Source: Rikenellaceae bacterium (GTDB lineage Bacteria > Bacteroidota > Bacteroidia > Bacteroidales > Rikenellaceae). From it: DNA of 64,000 nt. The stretch covers positions 10,026-74,025 of the forward strand of contig JAVBOL010000009.1 of assembly GCA_031550615.1 (NCBI GenBank), read 5' to 3'. This document shows, piece by piece, positions 35,035 to 44,934 of the stretch. The position numbers and the translations under genes are program-made. Within the stretch, counting starts at the first letter, position 1, and each line of letters begins with the position of its first letter. Under the pieces are notes generated by a model. The model was not told the origin of the DNA and did not search any database. It worked only from the letters and a program-made list of their open reading frames with translations.

Positions 35035-36695
35035 TTTTCAAGAGGAGAGTGAAGATATTGGTCGCCGTTGCGGCATTGGTCGCAACGGCTGCCGTGCTTA
35101 TTTCCGCCGGGAAGGGCGATTTCCGCCTGGGGCGCAGCATGGAGATCATGGCCAACATGATGCGTGAGGTCAACCTGCTGTACGTAGACCCGGTGGCCGC
35201 AGACAAACTGCTCACGGACGCAGCCCGGGGACTGGTGTCGAACCTCGACCCATATACCGAATACATGTCCGAAGAGGATGTGGCCGACTTCGAGGTGATC
35301 ACGACGGGTAAATATGCCGGCGTGGGTTCGCTGATACGCAAAAAAGGCGACTGGGTGGCATTCTCGGAGCCGTATAAGGGTTTCCCGGCAGACAAGGCGG
35401 GGCTGGTGGCCGGCGATAAGATCGTCGAGATCGCCGGCAAGGACGCCAAAGGAATGACCACTCAAAAGGTGAGTTCGCTGCTGCGTGGCGATCCCGGCAC
35501 GAGCGTCAAAATAAAGGTCGAGAAACTCTACTCGGGCGACACGGTGGCGCTCACGCTGCGCCGCGAACGCATCGTCATTTCGGGCATCCCTTATTACGGC
35601 ATGGTGTCGGAGAGGGTGGGTTACATCCGCCACGACGATTTCTCGGAAGATTGCGCCAACGACCTGCGCAAGGCATTCGTGGCGTTGCGTAAGGACGGGC
35701 GGATGAAAGGCCTTATCATAGACCTGCGCGGCAACGGCGGGGGCATTTTGCAACAGGCGGTCAAGATACTCTCGCTGTTCACCCCCAAAGGCACCGAAGT
35801 GGTGTCGATGCGCGGCAAGGTGAAGCAACTCGACCAGACCTTCTACACCGAGGGCGAACCCCTCGACGCGCAAATTCCGATCGTGGTGCTGGTCAACGGA
35901 GGCTCGGCTTCAGCCTCAGAGATCGTCGCGGGGTCGTTGCAGGACCTCGACCGCGCGGTGCTTATGGGGCAGCGCACCTTCGGCAAGGGACTGGTGCAAT
36001 CCACCCGTCCTTTGGGATACAACTCATTCCTGAAGATCACCACGGCAAAATACTATATCCCAAGCGGACGCTGCATACAGGCCATCGACTACACCAACCG
36101 CCGCGAAGACGGCAGCGCGGGATATATCCCCGACTCGCTGCGCAAAGAGTTCGCCACGGCAGGGGGACGGGTGGTCTATGACGGCGGGGGGATAATGCCC
36201 GATGTGGCGACCACAGCGGAATATACCAGCCGATTCGTGATGACTCTCTACGCGATGGGCTACATCGACGATTTCGTGGACGGTTTTATGCGCGCCAACC
36301 CCGACCTGGAGGTGTCCTTGGATGGTTTTAAACTCCCCGCGACGTGTTACGCGGCATTCGGCGCGTTCATGAAGGACAAGCACCTGGACTTCGAATCGGA
36401 GAGCCACGCCGCGCTCCGCCAGCTGCGCGAAAGCGCCGAAAGGGATAAGTACAGCGAAAAACTGGCGCCCGCCCTGGCGGCGCTCCAGGCGGCGATGCCC
36501 GACGAGCTGGAAGAAAACCTCTCGCTGTACCGCGACGACCTCTCGGAGTTGATAGAGGACAACATCGTCCTGCGCCGCCACTACTCGCACGGGGTGATAG
36601 CCCATTCGCTGCACCGCGATCGTGAAGTGAAGGCCGCCGTGGAACTGCTCGGGGACCAACCCCGGTATAAAGCCCTGCTCACGGCGAAACGGTAA
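35031..36695 (+). CDS. S41 carboxy-terminal processing peptidase with PDZ domain
   Basis: PDZ region (GLVAGDKIVEIAG), DLRGNGGG, SASASEIVAG motifs. Confidence 0.88.
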   Translation: MIFKRRVKILVAVAALVATAAVLISAGKGDFRLGRSMEIMANMMREVNLLYVDPVAADKLLTDAARGLVSNLDPYTEYMSEEDVADFEVITTGKYAGVGSLIRKKGDWVAFSEPYKGFPADKAGLVAGDKIVEIAGKDAKGMTTQKVSSLLRGDPGTSVKIKVEKLYSGDTVALTLRRERIVISGIPYYGMVSERVGYIRHDDFSEDCANDLRKAFVALRKDGRMKGLIIDLRGNGGGILQQAVKILSLFTPKGTEVVSMRGKVKQLDQTFYTEGEPLDAQIPIVVLVNGGSASASEIVAGSLQDLDRAVLMGQRTFGKGLVQSTRPLGYNSFLKITTAKYYIPSGRCIQAIDYTNRREDGSAGYIPDSLRKEFATAGGRVVYDGGGIMPDVATTAEYTSRFVMTLYAMGYIDDFVDGFMRANPDLEVSLDGFKLPATCYAAFGAFMKDKHLDFESESHAALRQLRESAERDKYSEKLAPALAALQAAMPDELEENLSLYRDDLSELIEDNIVLRRHYSHGVIAHSLHRDREVKAAVELLGDQPRYKALLTAKR

Positions 36696-36698
36696 GAG

Positions 36699-37865
36699 AT
36701 GAAACGGCTCCTGGGCATAACGCGCAACTTCACATTCCGCAGCCGGGTGTTCATCATCGCCGTGGGGCTTGTGATAGGCGTGGTTTCGCTGCTGTTCGCC
36801 AACCGCATGGTGCACATGCTGCGCATCAAAGAGAAAAATGAGGTGTCGGTGTGGACGTACGCCATGGGGCGCCTGGGTGAGATCGGCAACCTCGACCAAT
36901 TGGTGGGGCGCATCAAGACCAACAACAACTCGATACCATTTATACTAACCGACGCCAACCTGAGGGTCCAATACTCGCACCTGATCCCCGAGCGGATAAT
37001 AAACCACCCGGACATGCTGCGCGAGAAGATAGAAAAACTCTCGGAGCAGAACACGCCCCTGGAGATACTGTGCTGGGACGGGCAGGTCTACTACCTGTTC
37101 TACGGCAACTCGCAGCTGCTGACCCTGATGATGTATTTCCCGGTGGCGCAGCTGCTGGTGATCGCCTTTTTCGTGGCCTTCGGTTTTATCACCTTCCGCA
37201 CCACGAAGCACGACGAGCAGAACCGCGTGTGGATCGGCCTGGCCAAAGAGACCGCGCACCAATTGGGCACGCCCACATCGTCGCTGCTGGGCTGGGTAGA
37301 GTACCTGCGCACGCAGCCCATAGACCAGTCGGCGGTCGAGGAGATGGGAAAAGACCTGCAACGGCTCATGAAGGTCGCCGACCGTTTCTCGAAGATCGGC
37401 TCGGAAACCTCCCTCGCCCCGGCCAACGTGAACGAAGTGGTGGGCGAAAGCGTGCTCTACTTCCGCACGCGCATCCCGCGCAACGTGACCCTCTCGTACA
37501 ACGGGCTGGCCATCGCCCCCCTTCGGGCGCAGATCAACGAGGCGCTGTTCGAGTGGGTGGTCGAGAACCTGCTCAAGAACGCCCTGGACGCATTGCAGGG
37601 GCGCGGGGCGGTGGATGTACGCATTTCGGACAACGACGACAATATCTTCATAGATGTCTCCGATACGGGAAAAGGCATCTCCAAATCTAACATAAAACGC
37701 GTTTTCGACCCCGGCTACACCACCAAGACGCGCGGTTGGGGGTTGGGGCTGTCGCTCTCGCGCCGCATAATAGAAGAGTACCACAAAGGCCGGATAGGGG
37801 TGCTCGAAAGCGAACCGGGCAAGGGGACCACCATGCGCATAACCCTCAACAAATATTATGATTGA
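36699..37865 (+). CDS. Sensor histidine kinase
   Basis: Two TM segments. H-box ETAHQLGTPTSSL. HATPase motifs (NALDA, DTGKGI, GWGLGL). Confidence 0.85.
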   Translation: MKRLLGITRNFTFRSRVFIIAVGLVIGVVSLLFANRMVHMLRIKEKNEVSVWTYAMGRLGEIGNLDQLVGRIKTNNNSIPFILTDANLRVQYSHLIPERIINHPDMLREKIEKLSEQNTPLEILCWDGQVYYLFYGNSQLLTLMMYFPVAQLLVIAFFVAFGFITFRTTKHDEQNRVWIGLAKETAHQLGTPTSSLLGWVEYLRTQPIDQSAVEEMGKDLQRLMKVADRFSKIGSETSLAPANVNEVVGESVLYFRTRIPRNVTLSYNGLAIAPLRAQINEALFEWVVENLLKNALDALQGRGAVDVRISDNDDNIFIDVSDTGKGISKSNIKRVFDPGYTTKTRGWGLGLSLSRRIIEEYHKGRIGVLESEPGKGTTMRITLNKYYD

Positions 37866-38877
37866 CCGCATGGCGACCGACATGCCGGATTGTTTCAGCC
37901 CCCACGCGGAGTTTTTCCCGCAGGTTATCTTCGAACGGGCGCTGCACCCGGTTAAAACCGCGGTGCACGGCGCGCCGGGGGTGACGGGCGCGCCGGGGGT
38001 GACGGGGGTGACGGGGGTGACGGGGGTGACGGGGGTGACGGGGGTGACGGGGGTGACGGGGTGCGACTCGCTCCCCTCCGGCGGCCCGGTCGCGATACTG
38101 CCCGACACGCTGCCCCCGCCCCTGCCGGTGGTGACGCCAGGGGACGTATTCGGCCCGGTGTCCGAGCTGTGCACTTCGACGGCGCCGCCGCAGATCGCGC
38201 CGCGCGACCCTTTCAGCGGCGCTGCGCTCTACCAGCTCTCGGTGCTGGGCATGGGCATCGCCTATTGCTGCCTGTTGTACTACTTCCGGGGCGCGGTGGT
38301 GGCGCTGGGCAGGATGTTGCGCGGTAAACTCTACACGACCATGCTCCTGGAACAGGCCAACCACACCTTCATGCTCTTTATGAACTTTACCACGGTCCTG
38401 GGGCTGGTCACGGGGGGCGTCTCCATCGCGCGGCTTATCAGCCTGGTGCTACCCGCGGACCAGGCGCAGACGCTGCCCTGGTGGATCGGCGCGACAGCCG
38501 TGCCGATGATCGTGGGGCTGCTGGCGCTGATAATGCTTTACCGCTACGTCGCCCTGCGCGCGGTGGGATGGCTCACGCTGTGCGGCGATCTGACCGGACG
38601 GCTGTGGGCGCTGCGCAGGATGGCCGCCGCGCTCTGCACGCTGGTGATAATCCCGCCCCTGGTGTTGCTGCCCCTGGGCGAGGGGACCATGTTCTACGTT
38701 ATGGCTGCGCTGGTCGGATTGCTGTGGCTGGCCAAAGGCGTGTTCATACAGCACAAGGTGTACGTTTTGTTTATTAGTGAAGATATTTCAATTTTGCATT
38801 GGTTTTTGTACCTTTGCACCGTCGAAATTTTCCCATTGAGCCTACCCCTGGCCGTCCTTTGGCGAACTTTCGGTTAA
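37858..38877 (+). CDS. DUF4271-like polytopic membrane protein with N-terminal extension containing a Gly-X-Y repeat
   Basis: ATG at 37858 overlaps the kinase stop. The C-terminal two thirds are multi-TM. Conserved neighbourhood with the HemD-like gene and rnpA (from memory). The true start could lie downstream of the repeat. Confidence 0.6.
   Translation: MIDRMATDMPDCFSPHAEFFPQVIFERALHPVKTAVHGAPGVTGAPGVTGVTGVTGVTGVTGVTGVTGCDSLPSGGPVAILPDTLPPPLPVVTPGDVFGPVSELCTSTAPPQIAPRDPFSGAALYQLSVLGMGIAYCCLLYYFRGAVVALGRMLRGKLYTTMLLEQANHTFMLFMNFTTVLGLVTGGVSIARLISLVLPADQAQTLPWWIGATAVPMIVGLLALIMLYRYVALRAVGWLTLCGDLTGRLWALRRMAAALCTLVIIPPLVLLPLGEGTMFYVMAALVGLLWLAKGVFIQHKVYVLFISEDISILHWFLYLCTVEIFPLSLPLAVLWRTFG
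37969..38061 (+). repeat. Tandem repeat: 2 x 18 bp (GGCGCGCCGGGGGTGACG) followed by 6 x 9 bp (GGGGTGACG) plus a partial unit
   Basis: Counted directly. The 9-mer occurs 8 times in perfect head-to-tail phase. It translates in frame as GAPGVTGAPGVT(GVT)6G. Confidence 0.95.
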
Positions 38878-38893
38878 ATTAAAAGCTAAAGTT

Positions 38894-39910
38894 TTGAAGG
38901 TTAAAAACTTGCTGGTGTCGCAACCTGCCCCGGCCGTGATAGAGAAGTCGCCCTTCTGGGAGCTTATGCAAAAGCACGGCCTGAAGGTGGAATTCTACCC
39001 TTTCATCAAAGTGGAGGGCGTTTCACTACGCGAATTCCGCAGCCAACGCATCGAAGTGCTCGACCATTCTGTGGTCGTATTCACTTCGCGCACCACCATC
39101 GACCACTTCTTCCGCATCTGCGAGGAGGCGCGCATCACGATCCCCGAGTCGATGAAATACCTCTGCCAGACAGAGGCCGTTGCGCTCTATCTGCAAAAGT
39201 ACATAGTCTACCGCAAACGCAAGATATTCTTTGCCGACGGATCGTTCCAGAGCCTTATGGAGTTGATACTCAAACACCGCGACGAACGTGTGCTGCTCAC
39301 CCTCTCGGAGCCTTACAACGCCGACCTCTCGTCTGCGATGGAGAAGCTCAAGATACGTTTCAACCGCGTGGTGCTCTCGCGCACCGTGCCCCGCGACCTG
39401 TCGGGGATCGACCCTTCGGCCTACGATCTGATGGTCTTCTACACCCCTGCCGAGATCGCCGCCCTGACCGGGGCCTTCCCACTGGATAAGTTGCCCATGA
39501 TCGCCACCTTCGGCAACGGCACCGCACAGGCCGCCGTGGACGCCGGGATCACGCTGCGCGCCATGGCACCCACCCCGCAGGTCCCTTCGATGGCCAGGGC
39601 GCTCGAACTTTTCATCGCCAGGGTCAACGCCGGCGAACAGGTCGCCCCCGTGGAATTCGCACGCACCAGCAAGGTCGAGGATTTCGTCAAGGCGCAGGAA
39701 GCCAAGCCTTCGCGCAAGAGCCGCGCCAAGCGTCCCGACGACCAGGAGGGCAAGCCCGCTCCGGCCAAGCCCGCTCCGGTCAAACCCGCTCCCGCCAAGG
39801 CCACTCCGACTAAACCCGTTCCGGCAGCCAAACCCGCCCCCGCCAAGGCCACGTCCGCGGCCAAAAGTGCGTCCGCCAAACCTGCCGCGGCTAAGGCTGC
39901 CTCCAAGTAA
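38894..39910 (+). CDS. Uroporphyrinogen-III synthase (HemD)-like protein with Lys/Ala/Pro-rich C-terminal tail
   Basis: The N-terminal ~270 aa resemble the HemD-fold protein found upstream of rnpA in Bacteroidetes. TTG start. Tail is KPAPAKPAPVKPAPAKATPTKP... Confidence 0.7.
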   Translation: MKVKNLLVSQPAPAVIEKSPFWELMQKHGLKVEFYPFIKVEGVSLREFRSQRIEVLDHSVVVFTSRTTIDHFFRICEEARITIPESMKYLCQTEAVALYLQKYIVYRKRKIFFADGSFQSLMELILKHRDERVLLTLSEPYNADLSSAMEKLKIRFNRVVLSRTVPRDLSGIDPSAYDLMVFYTPAEIAALTGAFPLDKLPMIATFGNGTAQAAVDAGITLRAMAPTPQVPSMARALELFIARVNAGEQVAPVEFARTSKVEDFVKAQEAKPSRKSRAKRPDDQEGKPAPAKPAPVKPAPAKATPTKPVPAAKPAPAKATSAAKSASAKPAAAKAASK

Positions 39911-39917
39911 CCCCGTT

Positions 39918-40286
39918 ATGGAACCCGCAGCAGCCCGCAGCACACTCCCGCGCGCGGAACGTCTGCGCGGGAAACGTGCCATAGACGCCCTTTTCGCAGG
40001 TGGGCGCAGCGGATTCGTACACCCTTTTCGTTTCGTGTGGAGCGCCACGGGAGAGAGCGTCCCTAACGCCGTGCTTGTCGTCGCGCCCAAGCGCAACCAC
40101 AAGCACGCCTCAGACCGTAATTTATTGAAACGGCGCGCCCGCGAGGCTTACCGGCTCAACAAGGGATTGGCCGCACCCGCGGGGCTTCATATCGCGTTGA
40201 TATACAGTTCAAAGAAGATCGAGGATTATAAAACGATCGAAAATGCAGTCAGGGGAATCCTCTCGAAGATCGCAGCCGAAATTTAG
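39918..40286 (+). CDS. rnpA: Ribonuclease P protein component
   Basis: ATG at 39918. [13 protein letters not shown]... [13 protein letters not shown] basic motif. yidD lies downstream. Confidence 0.85.
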   Translation: MEPAAARSTLPRAERLRGKRAIDALFAGGRSGFVHPFRFVWSATGESVPNAVLVVAPKRNHKHASDRNLLKRRAREAYRLNKGLAAPAGLHIALIYSSKKIEDYKTIENAVRGILSKIAAEI

Positions 40287-40515
40287 GCGTGCCGCCAGGG
40301 CCGCGGCAATATTCCCTCTGGTCGCGCTGGTGCGCTTCTACCAGTTGGCCATATCGCCTTACACCCCTGCGGCATGCAGGTTTACACCCACCTGCTCACA
40401 GTATGCGCTTGAGGCGCTGCGCAAGCACGGGGTGTTTAAAGGGTCGTGGCTTACCATAGTCCGGCTGTCCAAATGCCACCCCTGGGGCGGGCATGGGCAT
40501 GACCCAGTGCCATAA
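40243..40515 (+). CDS. yidD: Membrane protein insertion efficiency factor YidD
   Basis: FYQLAISPY...[14 protein letters not shown]...[13 protein letters not shown] signature. 44-nt overlap with rnpA. Confidence 0.88.
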   Translation: MQSGESSRRSQPKFRRAARAAAIFPLVALVRFYQLAISPYTPAACRFTPTCSQYALEALRKHGVFKGSWLTIVRLSKCHPWGGHGHDPVP

Positions 40516-40533
40516 AAAGGGTAATGATGCCAA

Positions 40534-40559
40534 AAAAGGGAGCCAGCCGACTCCCTTTT
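40534..40559. terminator. Bidirectional hairpin terminator
   Basis: AAAAGGGAG-8 nt-CTCCCTTTT. Confidence 0.7.
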
Positions 40560-40562
40560 CGT

Positions 40563-41570
40563 TTAGATATGCCCATTGGCCACCAGCCACTCTGCGATCT
40601 GCACGGCGTTTAGCGCCGCCCCCTTCTTGATCTGGTCGCTCACGCACCAGAAAGTCAGTCCGTTGGGGTTTGAGATATCCTTGCGGATGCGGCCCACCCA
40701 CACGGGGTCCTCCCCGGCCAGGAAAAGCGGCATGGGATATTTCCTGTCGGCGGGCTCGTCCATAAGGCGCACGCCTTCAGCCGAGGCGAACGCTTCGCGC
40801 GCCTGCTCGACCGACACGGGTTTTTCGGTTTCCACCCAGATGCTCTCGGAGTGCGAACGCATCACCGGCACACGCACGCACATGGCGCTTACCTCGATGT
40901 CCGAGTGCATTATCTTGCGCGTTTCGTGGTACATCTTCATCTCCTCCTTGGTGTAGCCGTTGTCGGTGAACACGTCGACCTGTGGGATCACGTTATAGGC
41001 CAGCTGGTAGGCAAATTTCTCCACGGTCACCGGACGGCCTTCGACTATCTCGCGGTGCTGCTCTTCGAGCTCGTCCATCGCCGAAGCCCCGGCCCCCGAA
41101 GCGGCCTGGTAGGTGGCCACGTGCACGCGGCGGATGTGCGAGAGCCTTTCTATGGCTTTCAGCGCCACGACCATCTGTATCGTGGTGCAGTTGGGGTTGG
41201 CGATCACGCGGCGCGAGGGGTTGACGGCGTCCGCGGCGTTGACCTCGGGCACGACAAGGGGCACGTCGGCATCCATGCGGAATGCCGAGGAGTTGTCGAT
41301 CATCAGCGCCCCGTGTTTGGTTATGGTCTTTTCGAACTCCTTCGAAGTGCCCGCTCCAGCCGAGGTGAAAGCTATGTCGACCCCTTTGAAGTCGTCGTTA
41401 TGTGCAAGCAGTTTGACGGTCAACTCCTTACCGCGAAACATATATTTACGCCCCGCGCTGCGCTCCGACCCGAAGAGCAATAGCTCGTCCAGGGGAAAAT
41501 TGCGCTCTTCGAGCACTTTGATAAGCTCCTGACCCACGGCGCCGCTTGCGCCGACAATAGCAACATTCAT
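40563..41570 (-). CDS. asd: Aspartate-semialdehyde dehydrogenase
   Basis: [15 protein letters not shown] motif. NPNCTTI active-site Cys region. 335 aa. Confidence 0.93.
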   Translation of the reverse strand: MNVAIVGASGAVGQELIKVLEERNFPLDELLLFGSERSAGRKYMFRGKELTVKLLAHNDDFKGVDIAFTSAGAGTSKEFEKTITKHGALMIDNSSAFRMDADVPLVVPEVNAADAVNPSRRVIANPNCTTIQMVVALKAIERLSHIRRVHVATYQAASGAGASAMDELEEQHREIVEGRPVTVEKFAYQLAYNVIPQVDVFTDNGYTKEEMKMYHETRKIMHSDIEVSAMCVRVPVMRSHSESIWVETEKPVSVEQAREAFASAEGVRLMDEPADRKYPMPLFLAGEDPVWVGRIRKDISNPNGLTFWCVSDQIKKGAALNAVQIAEWLVANGHI

Positions 41571-41592
41571 CTTTATATAATTTAGAATACCT

Positions 41593-43962
41593 TTAGTCGA
41601 AAAATTCGTCCGGTGCGGCCATAGCGGGGTCGTACCCCTCCTCCGAGGAGCAGTCGTAGCTCACCGCGCCCACCGGTACGGGGAATTTGTCATTCACCGT
41701 GATGCCCAGGCGTGCATCCTGGTAGACCTGTTTTATAAACTTGCCGTAGATCGGCAACGCCATTACAGAGCCTTCGGCGCGCGAGTAGAGGTGCACGCTG
41801 GGGTCCTCGGCGCCCACCCATGCCCCGGCCACGAGGTTGGGCGACACGGCCATGAACCATGCGTCGGCGTTCTTCTGCGTCGTGCCGGTCTTGCCGCCCG
41901 TTTCGCCCATAGGCCCGAAGGCCCAGTTGAGCTTGCTGGCCGTGCCGTTACTCACCACGAAACGCAGCATGCTGAGCATCGTGTAGGCGGTCTGTTCGCT
42001 GATCGCGTCCTTGGTGGTCGAGGTGAAAGAGGAGATCAGGTTGCCCTGCTTGTCCTCGATTCGGGTGACGAAGGTGGGCTCGGTGTAGACGCCGCGGTTG
42101 GCGTAGATGCAATAAGTCGACACCATTTCGCACAGCGACACGTCGGGCGTACCCAGACAGAGCGCGTAAACGGGGTCTATATAGCTGTGTATACCCAGTT
42201 TATGTATGAAGTCGGCCACGGCGGCGGGCTGCTTGGCCTGTTTCATGATCCATGCCGAGTAGTTGTTGCGGCTCAGGGCCAGACCCCAGCGCAGGGGGTG
42301 CAGCACCCCGTCGTAGGTGACCAGCCCCGCCTCCTTGGGGCTCCATATGTCGCCGTTATCGGTCTCGATGGCGGTTTGCAGGTTTGGCACCATAGTGCAG
42401 GGCGTGTAACCCAGGTGGTCGATGGCGAAGGTGTAGATGAAGGGCTTGATGGTCGACCCTACCTGGCGCTTGCCCTGGCGTACCATGTCGTACTTGAAGT
42501 AGCGGTAGTTGGGCCCGCCCACGTAGGCTTTCACTTGCCCCGTCGCGGGGTCCATGGCCATGAAAGCCGCGCGCATGATGCGCTTGTGGTGCAGGATCGA
42601 GTCGCGCGGGGTCATCAGCGTGTCGCGGTCGCCGCGATATGTGAACACGCGCATCTGGACGGGGGTGTTGAAGGCCTTATCGATCTGCTCGGAAGAGGCT
42701 CCGTCGTTTTTCATCTCGCGGTAACGGTCCGAATAGCGGATCGCATTGCGGATGATGCGCTCCTGCTTGTCCTTGCCTATGTCGTTGAACAGCACTTTGG
42801 TGCGCTTGTACTGGGCGTCCATCGCCGGCTGCACTTCCACCCGCAGTTGCTCCACGAGCGCGTTTTCGGCGTAGAGTTGCATCGCGGCGTTGATGGTGGT
42901 GTATATCTTCAGCCCGTCGCGGTAGATGTTATAGCGCGAACCGTCGCTCTTGCGGTTCTTCTCGCACCAACCGTAGAGTGCGTCCTTGTTCCATTGGTCG
43001 AGCGCGTATTCGTAGTCCCACTGGCTGCCGAAATCCGAGCGCGAGGGCTTGCTGGCCGTCATCGCCTGGCGCAGCATCTCGCGGAAATATGTGGCGCTGC
43101 CCTCGTTGTGCGATATGGGTTTGTATTTGCTCAGGTCTATCTCGGTGGTCTGTAACGAGTCGAGTTGCTCTCGCGAGGAGATATAGCCTTCGGTGCGCAT
43201 GCGCGAGAGCACCAGGTTTCGCCGCCCCAACGCCTTGTCGTAGTTGATCTTGGGGTTATAGCGCGTCGGCGCGTTCACCATGCCGATGAGCATGGCCGCC
43301 TCCTGTGGGTTTATCTCGGCGGGGGTCTTGCCGAAGAAGGTGTGCGCCGCCGACTTGATGCCGTAGGCGTTAGACCCGAAGAGCACCGTGTTGAGGTACA
43401 TGGCGATGATCTCCTGCTTGGTGTAGTTGTACTCCAGCTTCACCGCCGTGATCCACTCCTTGAGCTTCGAGAAGACGGTGCGCACGTTGCGGGAGACGGC
43501 GCTGCGCGAAACCGTGTCGCGCGGGAAAAGGTTCTTGGCCAGCTGCTGCGTGATGGTCGAGCCGCCCCCCTGGTCGCGGTTGCCGAGCACGACGGTCTTC
43601 GTAGCCACGCGGGCCAGCGATATGAAGTCGATGCCCGAATGCGAGTAGAAGCGCGCGTCTTCGGTCGACACCAGCGCCCCAACCAGCCAGGGCGAAAGGT
43701 CTTCGTAGTCGACGTAAGAGCGGTTCTGCACGAAGAACTGCCCGAGCATCTGCCCGTCCGAGGAGTATATCTCGGTGGCTATGTTGCTCTTGGGGTTCTC
43801 CAGCTCCTCGAACGAAGGCAGACGGCCGAACATTCCGGTCGAGGTCAGAAGCAGCAGGAAGATCACCAGGGCGAACGGCGCCGCCACGATGATCCAGAAC
43901 CACTTTATTGTTTTGGGCGTTACGTACTTATGTGAAAAGTCCCTGTATTTTTCCTTATTCAT
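41593..43962 (-). CDS. mrcA: Penicillin-binding protein 1A (bifunctional transglycosylase/transpeptidase)
   Basis: GT51 motifs [12 protein letters not shown] and [12 protein letters not shown]. Transpeptidase motifs STIKPF and KTGTT. Confidence 0.92.
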   Translation of the reverse strand: MNKEKYRDFSHKYVTPKTIKWFWIIVAAPFALVIFLLLLTSTGMFGRLPSFEELENPKSNIATEIYSSDGQMLGQFFVQNRSYVDYEDLSPWLVGALVSTEDARFYSHSGIDFISLARVATKTVVLGNRDQGGGSTITQQLAKNLFPRDTVSRSAVSRNVRTVFSKLKEWITAVKLEYNYTKQEIIAMYLNTVLFGSNAYGIKSAAHTFFGKTPAEINPQEAAMLIGMVNAPTRYNPKINYDKALGRRNLVLSRMRTEGYISSREQLDSLQTTEIDLSKYKPISHNEGSATYFREMLRQAMTASKPSRSDFGSQWDYEYALDQWNKDALYGWCEKNRKSDGSRYNIYRDGLKIYTTINAAMQLYAENALVEQLRVEVQPAMDAQYKRTKVLFNDIGKDKQERIIRNAIRYSDRYREMKNDGASSEQIDKAFNTPVQMRVFTYRGDRDTLMTPRDSILHHKRIMRAAFMAMDPATGQVKAYVGGPNYRYFKYDMVRQGKRQVGSTIKPFIYTFAIDHLGYTPCTMVPNLQTAIETDNGDIWSPKEAGLVTYDGVLHPLRWGLALSRNNYSAWIMKQAKQPAAVADFIHKLGIHSYIDPVYALCLGTPDVSLCEMVSTYCIYANRGVYTEPTFVTRIEDKQGNLISSFTSTTKDAISEQTAYTMLSMLRFVVSNGTASKLNWAFGPMGETGGKTGTTQKNADAWFMAVSPNLVAGAWVGAEDPSVHLYSRAEGSVMALPIYGKFIKQVYQDARLGITVNDKFPVPVGAVSYDCSSEEGYDPAMAAPDEFFD

Positions 43963-44884
43963 CTTGATTCTTCGAGGCGTTGCGCATGTGTCGTTCTACC
44001 TTTTTTGGGTAGAGGTCTTCTATGGTGATAAGTATGCCGGTCTCTTCGACCTGGCCGAAATCGGGGTTGCACACCGTGCCGAATGTGCGCATAGTGGGCG
44101 AGAGGCTCATGTATGAGTTTATCAGCGGCGGGATATTCTCGTTGCGCGAACGGATCTCGCGGACCAGTATGCGGTAGTTTTCCTCGTATGTCTGCCCGCA
44201 GAACAGCCTTGCGAGCCCTTCGCGGTCCATGTCCAGCTCGATGGGGTAAATCGGGTCAAGCAGCCCGTCGCGGTCGGGGAAATAGCGTTCCAGGAAGTAT
44301 ATCAGTATGTTGCGGGCAGCCTTGTTGTAGTCGCCGTACATGGTGACCTTGCCCAGGAAGTAGCGCATGTCGGGGTTGTGCACCATCAGCGCGCCCAGCC
44401 CGTCCCAGAGGTTGTCCAGCGAGTATATCCCTTTGGGGTTCTTGCGCGTGCCCTGGTAGAGAGGTTGCACGAAAGAGCGCCCCAATTCGATGGTCCAGGG
44501 CAGGAAATCGGTGCGGAAACGGTCGCTGAAACGGAAATAATGCTCGGTCGAGAGGTGGGGTGTATTCCCGGAGCACGAAATGATGAAACGGTAGCCGCCC
44601 ACGATCTGCTTCGCCGCGGGGTCCCACACTATCAATTGGTTGTACCCGTCAGGGGCGGTGTCGTTCTCGTCTATGTCCATGGCTTGGCCGGTGCCCCCGC
44701 CCGCCTCGCGGAAAGAGAGTTCGCGCAGACGGCCTATCTCCTGCATGGTGTGCGGACTGTCTGAGGCCGTGACAACGTAAATTTCGTTGCCGGCGTTATT
44801 GGTGTAGCGCATAAGGCGCTGCGGCGTTAGTTCACTTTCGATCAGCTCCCTGGCTATCGGATCTATGATGGGCTCGATGGTCAT
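43955..44884 (-). CDS. glsB: GNAT-type N-acyltransferase (OlsB/GlsB-like amino-acid lipid synthase)
   Basis: 309 aa 'hemolysin-like' GNAT. Paired with a lysophospholipid acyltransferase gene, as in the Bacteroides glycine-lipid locus. Confidence 0.65.
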   Translation of the reverse strand: MTIEPIIDPIARELIESELTPQRLMRYTNNAGNEIYVVTASDSPHTMQEIGRLRELSFREAGGGTGQAMDIDENDTAPDGYNQLIVWDPAAKQIVGGYRFIISCSGNTPHLSTEHYFRFSDRFRTDFLPWTIELGRSFVQPLYQGTRKNPKGIYSLDNLWDGLGALMVHNPDMRYFLGKVTMYGDYNKAARNILIYFLERYFPDRDGLLDPIYPIELDMDREGLARLFCGQTYEENYRILVREIRSRNENIPPLINSYMSLSPTMRTFGTVCNPDFGQVEETGILITIEDLYPKKVERHMRNASKNQDE

Positions 44885-44934
44885 AAGTGCACAAAAATAG
44901 ATAAAATTTATCGGAATGTCCTACCACTCACGCA

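Noticed and set aside
37969-38061. Considered whether the tandem 9-bp array could be a CRISPR-like array.
   Set aside because: The units are contiguous with no spacers and only 9 bp long. No cas genes are nearby. It is a simple tandem repeat.
36945-38174. 409-aa minus-strand ORF containing a VTPVTPVTP... repeat.
   Set aside because: It is antisense to the histidine kinase and the DUF4271 5' end. The repeat is just the reverse-complement reading of the 9-bp array, and there is no supporting gene context.
39026-40102. 358-aa minus-strand ORF.
   Set aside because: It is antisense to the HemD-like gene and the rnpA start. The product is Gly/Arg-rich with no motifs.
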